Below, piece by piece: positions 8,966 to 18,422 of a DNA stretch of 63,346 nt. Location of the stretch: NCBI GenBank assembly GCA_017992455.1, contig JAGOOP010000008.1, positions 1 through 63,346 of the forward strand, given 5' to 3'. The position numbers were made by a program, and so were the translations under genes. The DNA is from Candidatus Omnitrophota bacterium (lineage in GTDB: Bacteria; Omnitrophota; Gorgyraeia; Gygaellales; Profunditerraquicolaceae). Within the stretch, counting starts at the first letter, position 1; every line of letters starts with the position of its first letter. Under the pieces are notes generated by a model, which was given only the letters and a program-made list of their open reading frames with translations, had not been told where the DNA came from and did not search any database.

Positions 8966-10243
8966 ATGCGCAATCCCCGGATATACAAAGACAGGGAAAT
9001 AACGGTCATCGGCCTTGCCCGCAGCGGCCTGGCATGCGCAAACCTGTTATCGGGGCTGGGCGCACGGGTCCGCGTAACCGATTCGAAGCCGCGCCGGGAT
9101 CTTGAGAATATGATCGGCAGGCTCTCGTCAAAGGATATCCGCGTCGAATGCGGCAGGCATACGGAGGATTTTATCCGGGGAAGCGATCTTGCGGTCCTGT
9201 CTCCCGGCATCCCGGAAACATCGGACCCGGTGCAATGGGCGCTGAAGCAAAGCATACCGGTGTACAGCGAGATCGAGATCGCATGGACCCTGTGTCCGGC
9301 GCCGGTCATTGCGATCACCGGGTCGAACGGTAAAACGACCACCGCGACCCTGATGGGCCTGGTGCTTGAGGCGGCGGGCAGGCATGCGGTCGTGTGCGGT
9401 AATATCGGCGATCCGTTCAGCGGCGAAGTGGCGCGGGTCGAGCCCGAAGACTCCGTCGTGCTTGAAGTCAGTTCCTTCCAGCTCGAGCGTATCAAGACCT
9501 TTCAACCGCATATTGCCGTGGTGACGAATCTCAATCCCAATCATCTTGACCGATACCGCAGCATGGAAGAATACATCGATGCCAAAAAGAGGATATTTTT
9601 GAATCAGGGCGCGTCCGACTATCTGCTTTTGAACGCCGGGGATCCCGCGTCCGCGGCCTTTGCCCGGGGAACAAAAGCGCAGGTGATGTATTTCAACGAA
9701 GAGCCGGGGATGGACCAGAATCAGGCAGCCGTGGCAGCGGCGGCAGGCATCCTCGGCATACCGCGCGCTGTCTGCGCCGGCGTATTCAACGGGTTCAAGG
9801 GGCTTGAACACCGCATGGAAGAGGTCGCATGTATCGGCCGGGTCACGTTCGTCAATGATTCAAAAGCGACCACGGTCGAATCGGCGATGTGGGCTTTGCG
9901 CAGTATCCCGCGCCGCGCAGTGCTGATCGCCGGCGGCAAGGACAAAGGGCTCGATTACCGCCCGATCCGAAAGCTGGCTAAGGAAAAACTGCGGTCATGC
10001 GTCCTGATCGGACAGGCCGCGCAGAGGATCGGCGAGGCGTTCGACGGCATCGTCGAGGTGGAGCGGGCGCGCGATCTCAAGGACGCGGTGCGTAAAGCGT
10101 TCGAAAAGGCCGTTCCCGGCGACACCGTTCTTTTGTCGCCCATGTGCTCGTCATACGATATGTTCAGCGATTACGAAGAGCGGGGACGGGTGTTCAAGCA
10201 GATCGTCAGGGACCTGGAGGCCGATGCGCGTCTTACGGACTAA
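8966..10243 (+). CDS. murD: UDP-N-acetylmuramoylalanine--D-glutamate ligase
   Basis: 'VIGLARSG' and 'ITGSNGKTTT' are present. Gene order supports the call. Confidence 0.85.
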   Translation: MRNPRIYKDREITVIGLARSGLACANLLSGLGARVRVTDSKPRRDLENMIGRLSSKDIRVECGRHTEDFIRGSDLAVLSPGIPETSDPVQWALKQSIPVYSEIEIAWTLCPAPVIAITGSNGKTTTATLMGLVLEAAGRHAVVCGNIGDPFSGEVARVEPEDSVVLEVSSFQLERIKTFQPHIAVVTNLNPNHLDRYRSMEEYIDAKKRIFLNQGASDYLLLNAGDPASAAFARGTKAQVMYFNEEPGMDQNQAAVAAAAGILGIPRAVCAGVFNGFKGLEHRMEEVACIGRVTFVNDSKATTVESAMWALRSIPRRAVLIAGGKDKGLDYRPIRKLAKEKLRSCVLIGQAAQRIGEAFDGIVEVERARDLKDAVRKAFEKAVPGDTVLLSPMCSSYDMFSDYEERGRVFKQIVRDLEADARLTD

Positions 10244-11315
10244 CATATTTATGACGAGCATGATGCTGATCTGCATCGGCATCGTCATGATATACAGCGC
10301 GTCGGGTATTTACGCGCTGAACCAGTATAAGGACGGCATGTTCTTTCTCAAACGCCACCTGATGTTCATTCTCATCGGCCTGGCGGCGACGTTCTTTGTT
10401 ATGGCGTTCGATTACCGTAAGCTGAAGAAATATGCCCGGCCCGCATTATGGGTGGCGGTGTTCTTGCTCGTCCTGGTCCTCGTTCCCCACATCGGCAGGG
10501 AGGTCTCGGGCGCGCGGCGATGGTTCCGTTTCAAGTTCATCAGCTTTCAGCCGTCCTCGTTCGCCTGCATCGCGCTTATCGTCTATGTCGCCGATTTCAT
10601 CGAGCGCAAAGGCAATTTTATCCGCACGATCCGCTGGGGCCTTGCGCCGGTCATGGCGGTCCTGGGGCTTATATCCGGATTGATATTGATCGAGCCTGAC
10701 CTTGGCACGACGCTGGCGCTCGGCGCCGTCGTTTTTATCATGCTATATGTCAGCGGCGTCCGGCTGACGTATCTGGGCACGATCATCGTAAGTTTTATCC
10801 CGGCATTGTACCTGCTCATTTTCAGCGTGCCGTACCGCCGTATGCGCATCCTTGCGTTTTTGAACCCCTGGGCCGATCCCCGGGGCAGCGGTTTTCAGAT
10901 CATCCAGTCGCAGGTGGCGCTGGGCTCGGGCGGGATCTTCGGCACGGGGCTCGGCCATTCCCAGCAGAAACTTTTTTACCTGCCCGCGGCCCACACCGAT
11001 TTCATATTCTCGATCATCGGCGAGGAACTGGGTTTGATCGGCACGATCGGCGTCATCATCCTGTTCGTCCTGTTCATCAAGCAGGGGCTCATGATCGCCA
11101 AGCACGCGCCCGATATGTTCGGGTATTTTCTGGCGCTGGGCCTGGTGCTTCTTATCAGTCTCAAGGCCATGGTCAATATCGGCGTGTCGTGCGGTATCCT
11201 GCCGACAAAAGGCCTGCCCCTGCCGTTCATCAGTTACGGCGGGTCATCGTTCATTTTCGATATGGTGAGCGTCGGACTTCTCATGAACATCGGCCGGGCA
11301 GGCGAATATCCATGA
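10224..11315 (+). CDS. ftsW: SEDS-family peptidoglycan glycosyltransferase FtsW
   Basis: Polytopic SEDS protein with 'QPSSFA', 'EPDLGT', 'HTDFIFS' and 'LPLPFISYGGSS'. It lies between murD and murG. Confidence 0.85.
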   Translation: MRVLRTNIFMTSMMLICIGIVMIYSASGIYALNQYKDGMFFLKRHLMFILIGLAATFFVMAFDYRKLKKYARPALWVAVFLLVLVLVPHIGREVSGARRWFRFKFISFQPSSFACIALIVYVADFIERKGNFIRTIRWGLAPVMAVLGLISGLILIEPDLGTTLALGAVVFIMLYVSGVRLTYLGTIIVSFIPALYLLIFSVPYRRMRILAFLNPWADPRGSGFQIIQSQVALGSGGIFGTGLGHSQQKLFYLPAAHTDFIFSIIGEELGLIGTIGVIILFVLFIKQGLMIAKHAPDMFGYFLALGLVLLISLKAMVNIGVSCGILPTKGLPLPFISYGGSSFIFDMVSVGLLMNIGRAGEYP

Positions 11316-11328
11316 GGTGCGGGCGCCG

Positions 11329-12423
11329 ATGATGCGGATACTTGCGGTAGCAGGATCAAGCGGCGGGCATATTTTTCCCGCCATCGGGTTCCTGGATGAA
11401 TGCAAGGCTGCGCATCCGGATGCGAAGACCATGCTCGTCGTGCCTGCGCGCAGCGTTGCCGGCAGGATCCCCTGCGGCGCGCATGCGCTCGGCCGGGTCA
11501 GCGCCGAGGCGCTCTCCGCGCGCCCGGGCCGCGCAAGCCTTATTTCGCTGTGGGCCTTTATCAAAAGTTTCGTCGAGAGCATCACGCTTCTGTCGCGGTT
11601 CAAACCGGATATCGTCGTCGGTTTCGGCAGTATCGCCAGTATTCCCGTTGTGTTGTGCGCCTGGCTGTTCAGGATAACGGTCGTCATCCATGAACAGAAC
11701 GTTCTGCCCGGCCGCGCAAACCGGTTCCTTGCGCATGTGAGCGGCCGGATCGCCGTTTCCTTCCGCCAAAGCGCCGATTTTTTTGCCGGGAACCGGACGA
11801 AGGTCGTCTGGACCGGCAACATCATCCGCAGAAGCCTTGTTGCGATCGACCGGCGCGATGCCCGTATGTATTTCAAGCTCGATCCGGATAAACGCACGAT
11901 CCTCGTTATGGGAGGAAGCCAGGCGTCGCGCAGGATCAATGCGGGATTCGTCGAGGCGTTCAGGGTCCTGCCGCACCGGCGGCGTTACCAGGTGATCCAT
12001 TTGTGCGGCGAGGCGGATCAGGACGATCTTGAGAAAGCGTATGCGGGGTGCGGGGCAGAAGTGCGGCTCATCGCGTTCCTGAACGAGATGCAATACGCCT
12101 ACAGCGCCAGCGATCTGGCAATATCGCGCGCGGGCGCAACGACCGTTGCGGAATTGACCGCATACCGGCTTCCCGCGATATTGATCCCGTATCCGTACGC
12201 GCGCCGGCATCAGGACGAAAACGCCCGGGTCCTCGCGCAGGCAGGCTGCGTTGTCGTCGTTGCGGATGAACAGATCGATTCGGGCGTTCTGTCCCGCGCG
12301 CTCGAGGCCGCGACCGCGACCGAAACGGCGGCGGATTCCATGCGCGCAGCGTATGATCGTGTCAATAACGGGACGCCGTCATCGCTTGTCGATACGGTAT
12401 TTCAGGTCCATCATCATGGGTGA
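11329..12423 (+). CDS. murG: UDP-N-acetylglucosamine--N-acetylmuramyl-(pentapeptide) pyrophosphoryl-undecaprenol GlcNAc transferase
   Basis: 'ILAVAGSSGGHIFPA' and 'RAGATTVAEL' are present. An alternative GTG start lies at 11317. Confidence 0.85.
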   Translation: MMRILAVAGSSGGHIFPAIGFLDECKAAHPDAKTMLVVPARSVAGRIPCGAHALGRVSAEALSARPGRASLISLWAFIKSFVESITLLSRFKPDIVVGFGSIASIPVVLCAWLFRITVVIHEQNVLPGRANRFLAHVSGRIAVSFRQSADFFAGNRTKVVWTGNIIRRSLVAIDRRDARMYFKLDPDKRTILVMGGSQASRRINAGFVEAFRVLPHRRRYQVIHLCGEADQDDLEKAYAGCGAEVRLIAFLNEMQYAYSASDLAISRAGATTVAELTAYRLPAILIPYPYARRHQDENARVLAQAGCVVVVADEQIDSGVLSRALEAATATETAADSMRAAYDRVNNGTPSSLVDTVFQVHHHG

Positions 12424-13783
12424 ACGGTATCATTTCATAGGGATCGGGGGCATCGGCATGTCCGGCATTGCGCGGCTATTGCTTGGGGCCGGCTGCCGGG
12501 TGAGCGGGTCCGATGCAAAAGAGAACGCGATGACAAAGCTTCTTGCGAAGCAGGGAGCGCGTATTTTCATAGGACATGATGCCCGGAATGTCCCGGACGC
12601 GGATTACGTCGTCTATTCATCCGCGGTCAAAGAGGATAATCCCGAGATCCGGGAGGCGCGCAGGCGCGGCATCCCGGTCATTCAGCGGGCCGAGGCGCTT
12701 GCGCAGTTGATGCGTGACAAAAAAGTCATCTGTGTCGCCGGCAGCCACGGCAAAACGACGACGACATCACTCGCAGCCCACATGCTCCTCGAGGCGGGGT
12801 TGTCCCCGACGGTGGTCATTGGCGGGAACCTGAAGAACATCGACGCCAATGCCGCTGCCGGCGCAGGGGAGTTCTTCTGCGCCGAAGCGGACGAGTCGGA
12901 CGGGTCGTTCCTGCATTATTCACCGCTGTACTCGGTCATCACCAATATCGACCGGGAGCATCTGGACCATTACCGGACGTTCGACGCGGTCATCGCCGCA
13001 TACAGCGAGTTCATGAGCAGGACGCGGCCGCAGGGGTGCCTGTTCTGCTGCGGCGACGACGAGAACCTGGTGCGTTTGTGCCGGGCATCAAAGCGAAGGC
13101 ATGTCCTGTTCGGGTTCGGCGAGGCATGCGGCATGACGGCCCGCAATATCCGGATCGAGGGATTGTCTTCCGTTTTCGACTGCGTGTATGAGGGCGCGCC
13201 GGCGGGAAGCTTCCATCTGTCAGCGGGAGGCCTCCATAACATTTCCAACGCGCTCGCCGTGATCGCGCTCGGGATAGAGCTCAAGATCGATGCCGGAACC
13301 ATCGGCCGGGCTCTGGCGACCTTTCAAGGCGCCGGCCGCAGGCTCGATATCAAATGGCACGATAAGGACTGCATGATCATCGATGATTATGCACATCATC
13401 CGACGGAGATCAGGGCGACGCTTGCCGCGGTGAGGCATCTTTCGTGCAAAAGGCTTGTCGCGGTGTTCCAGCCGCACCGGTATTCCCGCACGAAGTTGTT
13501 GCTTGATGATTTCGCCCGCTGTTTCGGCGACGCGGACCGGGTGGTCCTGACCGATATCTACCCTGCGAGCGAACCGCCGGTCCCCGGCGTGGATGCTGGT
13601 CTTGTTGCTTCTGCGATCAGGGGTTATGCGCCGGATAAACCGGTCGATGTCGTGCCGAAACACGAGCTGATGGGATATGTGCGCCGGATCATTGCTTCCG
13701 GGGATATCGTGTTAATGCTCGGCGCAGGCGACATTACGAGGATCAGCGATGAACTTGCGGTCGAACTTTCCCGTACCCATTAA
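12416..13783 (+). CDS. murC: UDP-N-acetylmuramate--L-alanine ligase
   Basis: An internal ATG at 12416 gives 'YHFIGIGGIGMSGIA'. 'AGSHGKTTTT' and 'DDYAHHP' are present. The upstream extension overlaps murG. Confidence 0.85.
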   Translation: MGERYHFIGIGGIGMSGIARLLLGAGCRVSGSDAKENAMTKLLAKQGARIFIGHDARNVPDADYVVYSSAVKEDNPEIREARRRGIPVIQRAEALAQLMRDKKVICVAGSHGKTTTTSLAAHMLLEAGLSPTVVIGGNLKNIDANAAAGAGEFFCAEADESDGSFLHYSPLYSVITNIDREHLDHYRTFDAVIAAYSEFMSRTRPQGCLFCCGDDENLVRLCRASKRRHVLFGFGEACGMTARNIRIEGLSSVFDCVYEGAPAGSFHLSAGGLHNISNALAVIALGIELKIDAGTIGRALATFQGAGRRLDIKWHDKDCMIIDDYAHHPTEIRATLAAVRHLSCKRLVAVFQPHRYSRTKLLLDDFARCFGDADRVVLTDIYPASEPPVPGVDAGLVASAIRGYAPDKPVDVVPKHELMGYVRRIIASGDIVLMLGAGDITRISDELAVELSRTH

Positions 13784-14630
13784 AAAGAGAGTACGCCTTT
13801 GCCGCCACACGACGTTCGGCATCGGCGGCCCTGCGCAATTCTGGGCAGAACCCGGGGATGTGTCGGAACTGGCGGACCTGGCCGCATGGTGTAAAAAGAA
13901 CCGCACGCGCCTGCGCGTGATCGGCGCAGGGAGCAATATCCTTGTTGCGGACCGCGGTGTGTCCGGCGTTGTCGCGCGGCTGGGCGCGCCGGGCTTCACC
14001 GTCGTGCGGCGCGCGGGAGAACGCGTTATCGTTGGCGCGGGCGCGCCGCTTGCGCGGCTCGTCGCGTTTTGCAGCCGGCAGGGGTTGTCGGGCGTCGAGT
14101 TCCTGCACGGCATCCCGGGCACCGTCGGGGGTGCAGTGGCGGGGAATGCCGGCACCAAAGATGCGGCGATCGGGGATTTAGTTGAATTTGTCATCGTTAT
14201 GGACTATAATGGCAGGGTGTCGAAGCGGTCCGCTGCGGATATCGGTTTTTCCTACCGTTGTTCGGGCCTTGAGAATGTTATTATCCTGCAGGTATGCTTG
14301 AAACTTGTGGGGCGCGATCCCGGCGCGATACGCCGCAGGATCGCGGAGTACGCGGCTGCGCGGCGCGCGGGACAGGGCGCGGCATGGCGCAGCGCAGGGT
14401 GTTGTTTCAAGAATCCGCGCGGGACATCGGCAGGCCGCCTCATCGACGCCTGCGGATTGAAAGGCAGGCGCTGCGGGTCAGCGGTTGTTTCCGGCGTGCA
14501 CGCGAATTTCATCCTGAACAAAGGCGGGGCGCGCGCGTCGGATGTGCTCATGCTCATGCGGTGCATCAGGGAAACGGTCAAAAAAAGGTTCGGCATACTG
14601 CTGGAGCCCGAGATAAAGATATGGCGATAG
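13749..14630 (+). CDS. murB: UDP-N-acetylenolpyruvoylglucosamine reductase
   Basis: 'HTTFGIGGPA', 'GAGSNILV' and 'AGCCFKNP' are present. Gene order supports the call. Confidence 0.85.
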   Translation: MNLRSNFPVPIKKRVRLCRHTTFGIGGPAQFWAEPGDVSELADLAAWCKKNRTRLRVIGAGSNILVADRGVSGVVARLGAPGFTVVRRAGERVIVGAGAPLARLVAFCSRQGLSGVEFLHGIPGTVGGAVAGNAGTKDAAIGDLVEFVIVMDYNGRVSKRSAADIGFSYRCSGLENVIILQVCLKLVGRDPGAIRRRIAEYAAARRAGQGAAWRSAGCCFKNPRGTSAGRLIDACGLKGRRCGSAVVSGVHANFILNKGGARASDVLMLMRCIRETVKKRFGILLEPEIKIWR

Positions 14631-15574
14631 CGATGAAAGCAAAAACCGGTTTCGGCAGGATCGGGGTGTTGATGGGAGGCCCGTCCCGGGAGCGCGACAT
14701 TTCTCTGCGGTCGGCCGCTGCCGTATGCGAAAGCCTGAAACGCCAGGGGCTCGATGTGGTGCCCCTTGATATAACGACCGACGACTTCGCCGCCAACGCG
14801 GCATTGATACGGCAGAATGAGATCGATTGCGCGTTCGTGGCATTGCACGGAAGGTTCGGGGAAGACGGCCAGATACAGAAGATACTCGAAGATCTGCGTA
14901 TCCCGTATACCGGTTCAGGCGTTGAAGCGAGCAGGCGCGCCATGGATAAGGTCGTTTCACAGGACGTGTTCCGCCGTGCGGGATTGAGCGTCCCCGCATA
15001 TGTCGGCATCGAGCGGGCAGCGTATGAACGGAATGAGGGCGCGGACATGCCGTTCCCGCTGCCGTGGGTCGTCAAACCGTGCCGGGAAGGCTCGAGTATC
15101 GGCCTGTCCATCATCGAGGGCGCCGGGGATTTGCGCAGGGCGCTCGAACTCGCGTTCGGATCAGACGATACCGTGATGGTGCAGCAATATATCCGCGGCA
15201 GGGAATTGACCGTTGCCATACTTGACGGCCGGCCGCTGCCGGTCATCGAGATCGTTACAACCAGGAAATTCTTCGACTATGAGGCGAAGTATCAGAACGG
15301 GTTTACGGATTATATCGTCCCGGCAGCGCTCGATGAACGGGTCGCATCCCTGGTCCGAAAAGCGGCGGTGAGCGCTCACCAGGCGCTCGGTTGTTCGGGA
15401 TACTCGCGCGTCGATATTATCCTTTCCCCCGAAGGGACGCCGTATATCCTCGAGTTGAATAATATTCCCGGGCTGACGCAGACAAGCCTTTTGCCCAAGG
15501 CGGCCCGGTGCGCGGGCATCGACTTCGACCATTTGTGTATCACCATGCTTCGTTCGATCTATGAGAAGAAATAA
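14621..15574 (+). CDS. ddl: D-alanine--D-alanine ligase
   Basis: An internal ATG at 14621 gives 'RIGVLMGGPSRERDISLRS'. 'HGRFGEDGQIQ', 'EGSSIG' and 'ELNNIPG' are present. The upstream extension overlaps murB. Confidence 0.85.
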   Translation: MAIAMKAKTGFGRIGVLMGGPSRERDISLRSAAAVCESLKRQGLDVVPLDITTDDFAANAALIRQNEIDCAFVALHGRFGEDGQIQKILEDLRIPYTGSGVEASRRAMDKVVSQDVFRRAGLSVPAYVGIERAAYERNEGADMPFPLPWVVKPCREGSSIGLSIIEGAGDLRRALELAFGSDDTVMVQQYIRGRELTVAILDGRPLPVIEIVTTRKFFDYEAKYQNGFTDYIVPAALDERVASLVRKAAVSAHQALGCSGYSRVDIILSPEGTPYILELNNIPGLTQTSLLPKAARCAGIDFDHLCITMLRSIYEKK

Positions 15575-16337
15575 ACAGAGCCCGCCGCGGCCGCGCCAGC
15601 GCCGCCCGGCGGCATTGATCCCGGGACTGGTCTTCGGGCTTGTCCTGTTGGCCGTGGCGGCATATGCGCTCAGGTCGTTCAGGACGCACGATTTTTTTAA
15701 GATCAAGGACGTCATCATCCGCGAAGGGGCTTTCATACGCGATGACCGGGGCAATGATCTCAAATTCCTGATCGGCAAGAATATTCTTTCGCTCGACCTG
15801 AAGAAGAACGTACAGTTCATCCAGTCCATGTATCCGGCGTACCGGACCGCGCGCCTGGTCAAATTCCTGCCGAACCGGATATGCCTGGACCTTTTGAAAC
15901 GCAATGCCGTCGCCTGTTTCAATTCACAGCCGCCGCTTTTTATCGACGACCGCATGATCTTTTTTGAAGGGGGCGATGCCGCCGGGAAGAAACTGCCGGT
16001 CATTTCCGGCATAGACACGACGAACAGGAATTTCAGGCCGGGCATGCGCGCCGGCCACGCCGGAGTGCTTTTTGCGGCCCGCCTGATCCAGCGCGTACAG
16101 ATGAACAGGGCTCTGCAGCGGTATGCGGTCGAACGGGTCGTCGTGCACGATGCCGCGAACGCGTCGCTGTATCTTTCCGGCCCGCTCGAAGTGCGCATCG
16201 GCGCCAATAAGCTCGATGATTCGCTGCAGATCCTCGGCAGCCTGTTGAGCCAGGTCGGCAACGGCGTCTCGAACATCGAATATATCGACCTGCGGTTCAA
16301 AGACCCGGTCATACGATTCAAAGGCAAGGAGGCGTGA
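15561..16337 (+). CDS. ftsQ: Cell division protein FtsQ (POTRA-containing)
   Basis: It has an N-terminal TM segment and a POTRA-like 'FKIKDVIIREG'. It lies between ddl and ftsA. Confidence 0.65.
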   Translation: MRRNKQSPPRPRQRRPAALIPGLVFGLVLLAVAAYALRSFRTHDFFKIKDVIIREGAFIRDDRGNDLKFLIGKNILSLDLKKNVQFIQSMYPAYRTARLVKFLPNRICLDLLKRNAVACFNSQPPLFIDDRMIFFEGGDAAGKKLPVISGIDTTNRNFRPGMRAGHAGVLFAARLIQRVQMNRALQRYAVERVVVHDAANASLYLSGPLEVRIGANKLDDSLQILGSLLSQVGNGVSNIEYIDLRFKDPVIRFKGKEA

Positions 16338-16343
16338 CGGCAC

Positions 16344-17600
16344 ATGCTTGAGAATTGCATATGCGCTCTGGATATCGGTTCCTCGAAGATAGCCGCGGTC
16401 GCCGCGCAGGTGAAAAAAGGCCATATAACCAGGATGTCCCTTGAGACGGTCCCTGCGCGCGGCATAAGCAAGGGCGTCATCGTCGATTCCGTCGATCTTG
16501 TCGATGCGGTCACGCAGGTGATGAAGAATCTGAGATCGTCCTCAGGGATCACCGTGCGTTCCCTGTTCGCCAATATTTCGGGGAAACACATCACGACACG
16601 GCATTCCAGGGCGGTGATACCCCTTGCCCCGCGCGGCAATAAGGTGATCACCGTATCCGATATCAACAAGGTCAACGAACAGGCCCGGATCCTCGGCGCA
16701 CGCATGGAAGAGGAGATCGTGCATGCGATCCCGTTCGGTTATTCGATTGATTCGGATGCCGCGATCGTCAATCCTCTGGGTTTGTACAGCCACCGGCTGG
16801 AAGTAGACCTGTTCCTGGTGTGCGCGAATCTCGCCGCGGTCCAGACCGTGACGCATGTGGTCAATCAGGCGGGCTTCGACGTCAAGGGGCTGTTCTTCTC
16901 CGGACTTGCGGGCGCCGCCATCGTGTTCCCCGAGGATTCACGAAAAGGGACCCGTGTGCTCTGCGACATCGGCAGCGACGTCACCGAGCTGCTGTTCTTC
17001 AAGGACGGATATTTGAAGAACATCCGCGTCCTGACGACCGGCGGAGACGCGCTGACCGCCGGCCTTGCGGATACGCTGGCGATCCCCTGGGACCTGGCTG
17101 AGGACATCAAGGTTTCGTACGGGATCATCGGGGATGTGTCCCGCGTTGCCGAGGATAAAGAGGTCCTTATCAAGAAAGACAACATATACAGGCCCGTCAA
17201 ACAGCGCCAGGTGTGCGAGATCATCAGCGCCGCGGCGCGGACCCTGGGCCAATCGATCAAAGAAGCGGCGGAGAACGAGATGCCGCTTGCCAAGATAGAT
17301 TCGTTCGTCGTGACCGGCAGGACCATATTCCAGGACGGCCTGCTGGAAATGCTAGAATCGTCGCTGGGCATCAGGGTCGCCTGCGGCAGGATCACCGATC
17401 CCCGGATCATACCGTTCGTCAACAAGAACGACGTATTGTCCGGACAGAAATACCTGACCTATCTGACCACGCTCGGGATCGTCTCCGGCCAGCTCAGGGA
17501 GCTCCAGCCGCGCAAAGACGACCCGCTGTCCGGCGTCCCCGATCACCCCGTTCTCAAAATCTTCCACAAGTTCAAAGAAGTCTACCAGGAATACTTCTAA
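16344..17600 (+). CDS. ftsA: Cell division protein FtsA (actin-like ATPase)
   Basis: 'ALDIGSSKIAAV', 'DIGSDVTEL' and 'VVTGR' are present. It has the expected position and a C-terminal amphipathic tail. Confidence 0.85.
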   Translation: MLENCICALDIGSSKIAAVAAQVKKGHITRMSLETVPARGISKGVIVDSVDLVDAVTQVMKNLRSSSGITVRSLFANISGKHITTRHSRAVIPLAPRGNKVITVSDINKVNEQARILGARMEEEIVHAIPFGYSIDSDAAIVNPLGLYSHRLEVDLFLVCANLAAVQTVTHVVNQAGFDVKGLFFSGLAGAAIVFPEDSRKGTRVLCDIGSDVTELLFFKDGYLKNIRVLTTGGDALTAGLADTLAIPWDLAEDIKVSYGIIGDVSRVAEDKEVLIKKDNIYRPVKQRQVCEIISAAARTLGQSIKEAAENEMPLAKIDSFVVTGRTIFQDGLLEMLESSLGIRVACGRITDPRIIPFVNKNDVLSGQKYLTYLTTLGIVSGQLRELQPRKDDPLSGVPDHPVLKIFHKFKEVYQEYF

Positions 17601-17604
17601 AATC

Positions 17605-17693
17605 ATGGGGACGGTTCTCATCCCCCGGCGAGCCCGCTCGCGTGGAGATGAGAACCGTCCCCATTATTTCCTGGAGATGAGAACCGTCCCCAT
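17605..17693. repeat. Three copies of an 18-nt element (one inverted, two direct) forming a long hairpin plus a duplicated 3' arm
   Basis: ATGGGGACGGTTCTCATC lies at 17605-17622. Its reverse complement GATGAGAACCGTCCCCAT lies at 17647-17664 and again at 17676-17693. The 22-nt direct repeats are 17643-17664 and 17672-17693. Confidence 0.8.
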
Positions 17694-17715
17694 GCTTTCC
17701 AAAGCTTTTTTCCCA

Positions 17716-17743
17716 TTGACCCGCCGGGTTCCGTGTGTATAAT
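17716..17743 (+). promoter_or_regulatory. Sigma70-type promoter (TTGACC-16 nt-TATAAT) upstream of yggS
   Basis: TTGACC lies at 17716-17721 and TATAAT at 17738-17743. Confidence 0.5.
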
Positions 17744-17759
17744 ATATTAGCCCACAGAT

Positions 17760-18422
17760 ATGATCAGCGATAATGTCCGGAATGTGAAAGCCAGGATCGA
17801 GGCAGCGTGCGTCCGGGTCCGCAGGGATCCGGCCGGCGTAACGCTTGTCGCAGTGACCAAAGGCAGGCCTGCCGGAGATATCCTTCAGGCGCTCGATGCG
17901 GGCATATCGGATATCGGCGAAAACAAAGTCCAGGAAGCTTCGGCGAAATATGAAGCGGTCAGCGGCCGGCTGCGGCAGGGATCTCCGGTGCGATGGCATA
18001 TGATCGGTCATTTGCAGACCAATAAGGTCAAGGACGCGGTGCGCATGTTCGACCTTATCCATTCGGTCGACAGCCTGCGCCTGGCGCAGGAGATAGATAC
18101 ACAGGCCGCAAAGATCGGCAAGGTCCAGGATATTCTGGTTGAAGTCAAGACCTCGCCTGAAGCGACCAAATACGGTATTGACCCGGACGCTCTGTCCGGC
18201 CTGGTCGAAAAGATCGCGCGGTTGAAGAACGTGCGGTTGCAGGGGCTGATGACCATGGCGCCTGCCGGAGCAGCCGCGGAATCGGCGCGCCCGTATTTTC
18301 GCGCCATGCGCAGTTTCGGGCACGCCGTTCTTTCCATGGGAATGACCGATGATTTCGAGGTCGCGGTCGAGGAAGGAGCGACGATCGTGCGTATCGGCAG
18401 GGCATTATTCGAGGATACATGA
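17760..18422 (+). CDS. yggS: YggS/YlmE-family pyridoxal-phosphate homeostasis protein
   Basis: 'LVAVTKGR', 'IGENKVQEA', 'WHMIGHLQTNKV' and 'VRIGRALF' are present. Confidence 0.8.
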   Translation: MISDNVRNVKARIEAACVRVRRDPAGVTLVAVTKGRPAGDILQALDAGISDIGENKVQEASAKYEAVSGRLRQGSPVRWHMIGHLQTNKVKDAVRMFDLIHSVDSLRLAQEIDTQAAKIGKVQDILVEVKTSPEATKYGIDPDALSGLVEKIARLKNVRLQGLMTMAPAGAAAESARPYFRAMRSFGHAVLSMGMTDDFEVAVEEGATIVRIGRALFEDT

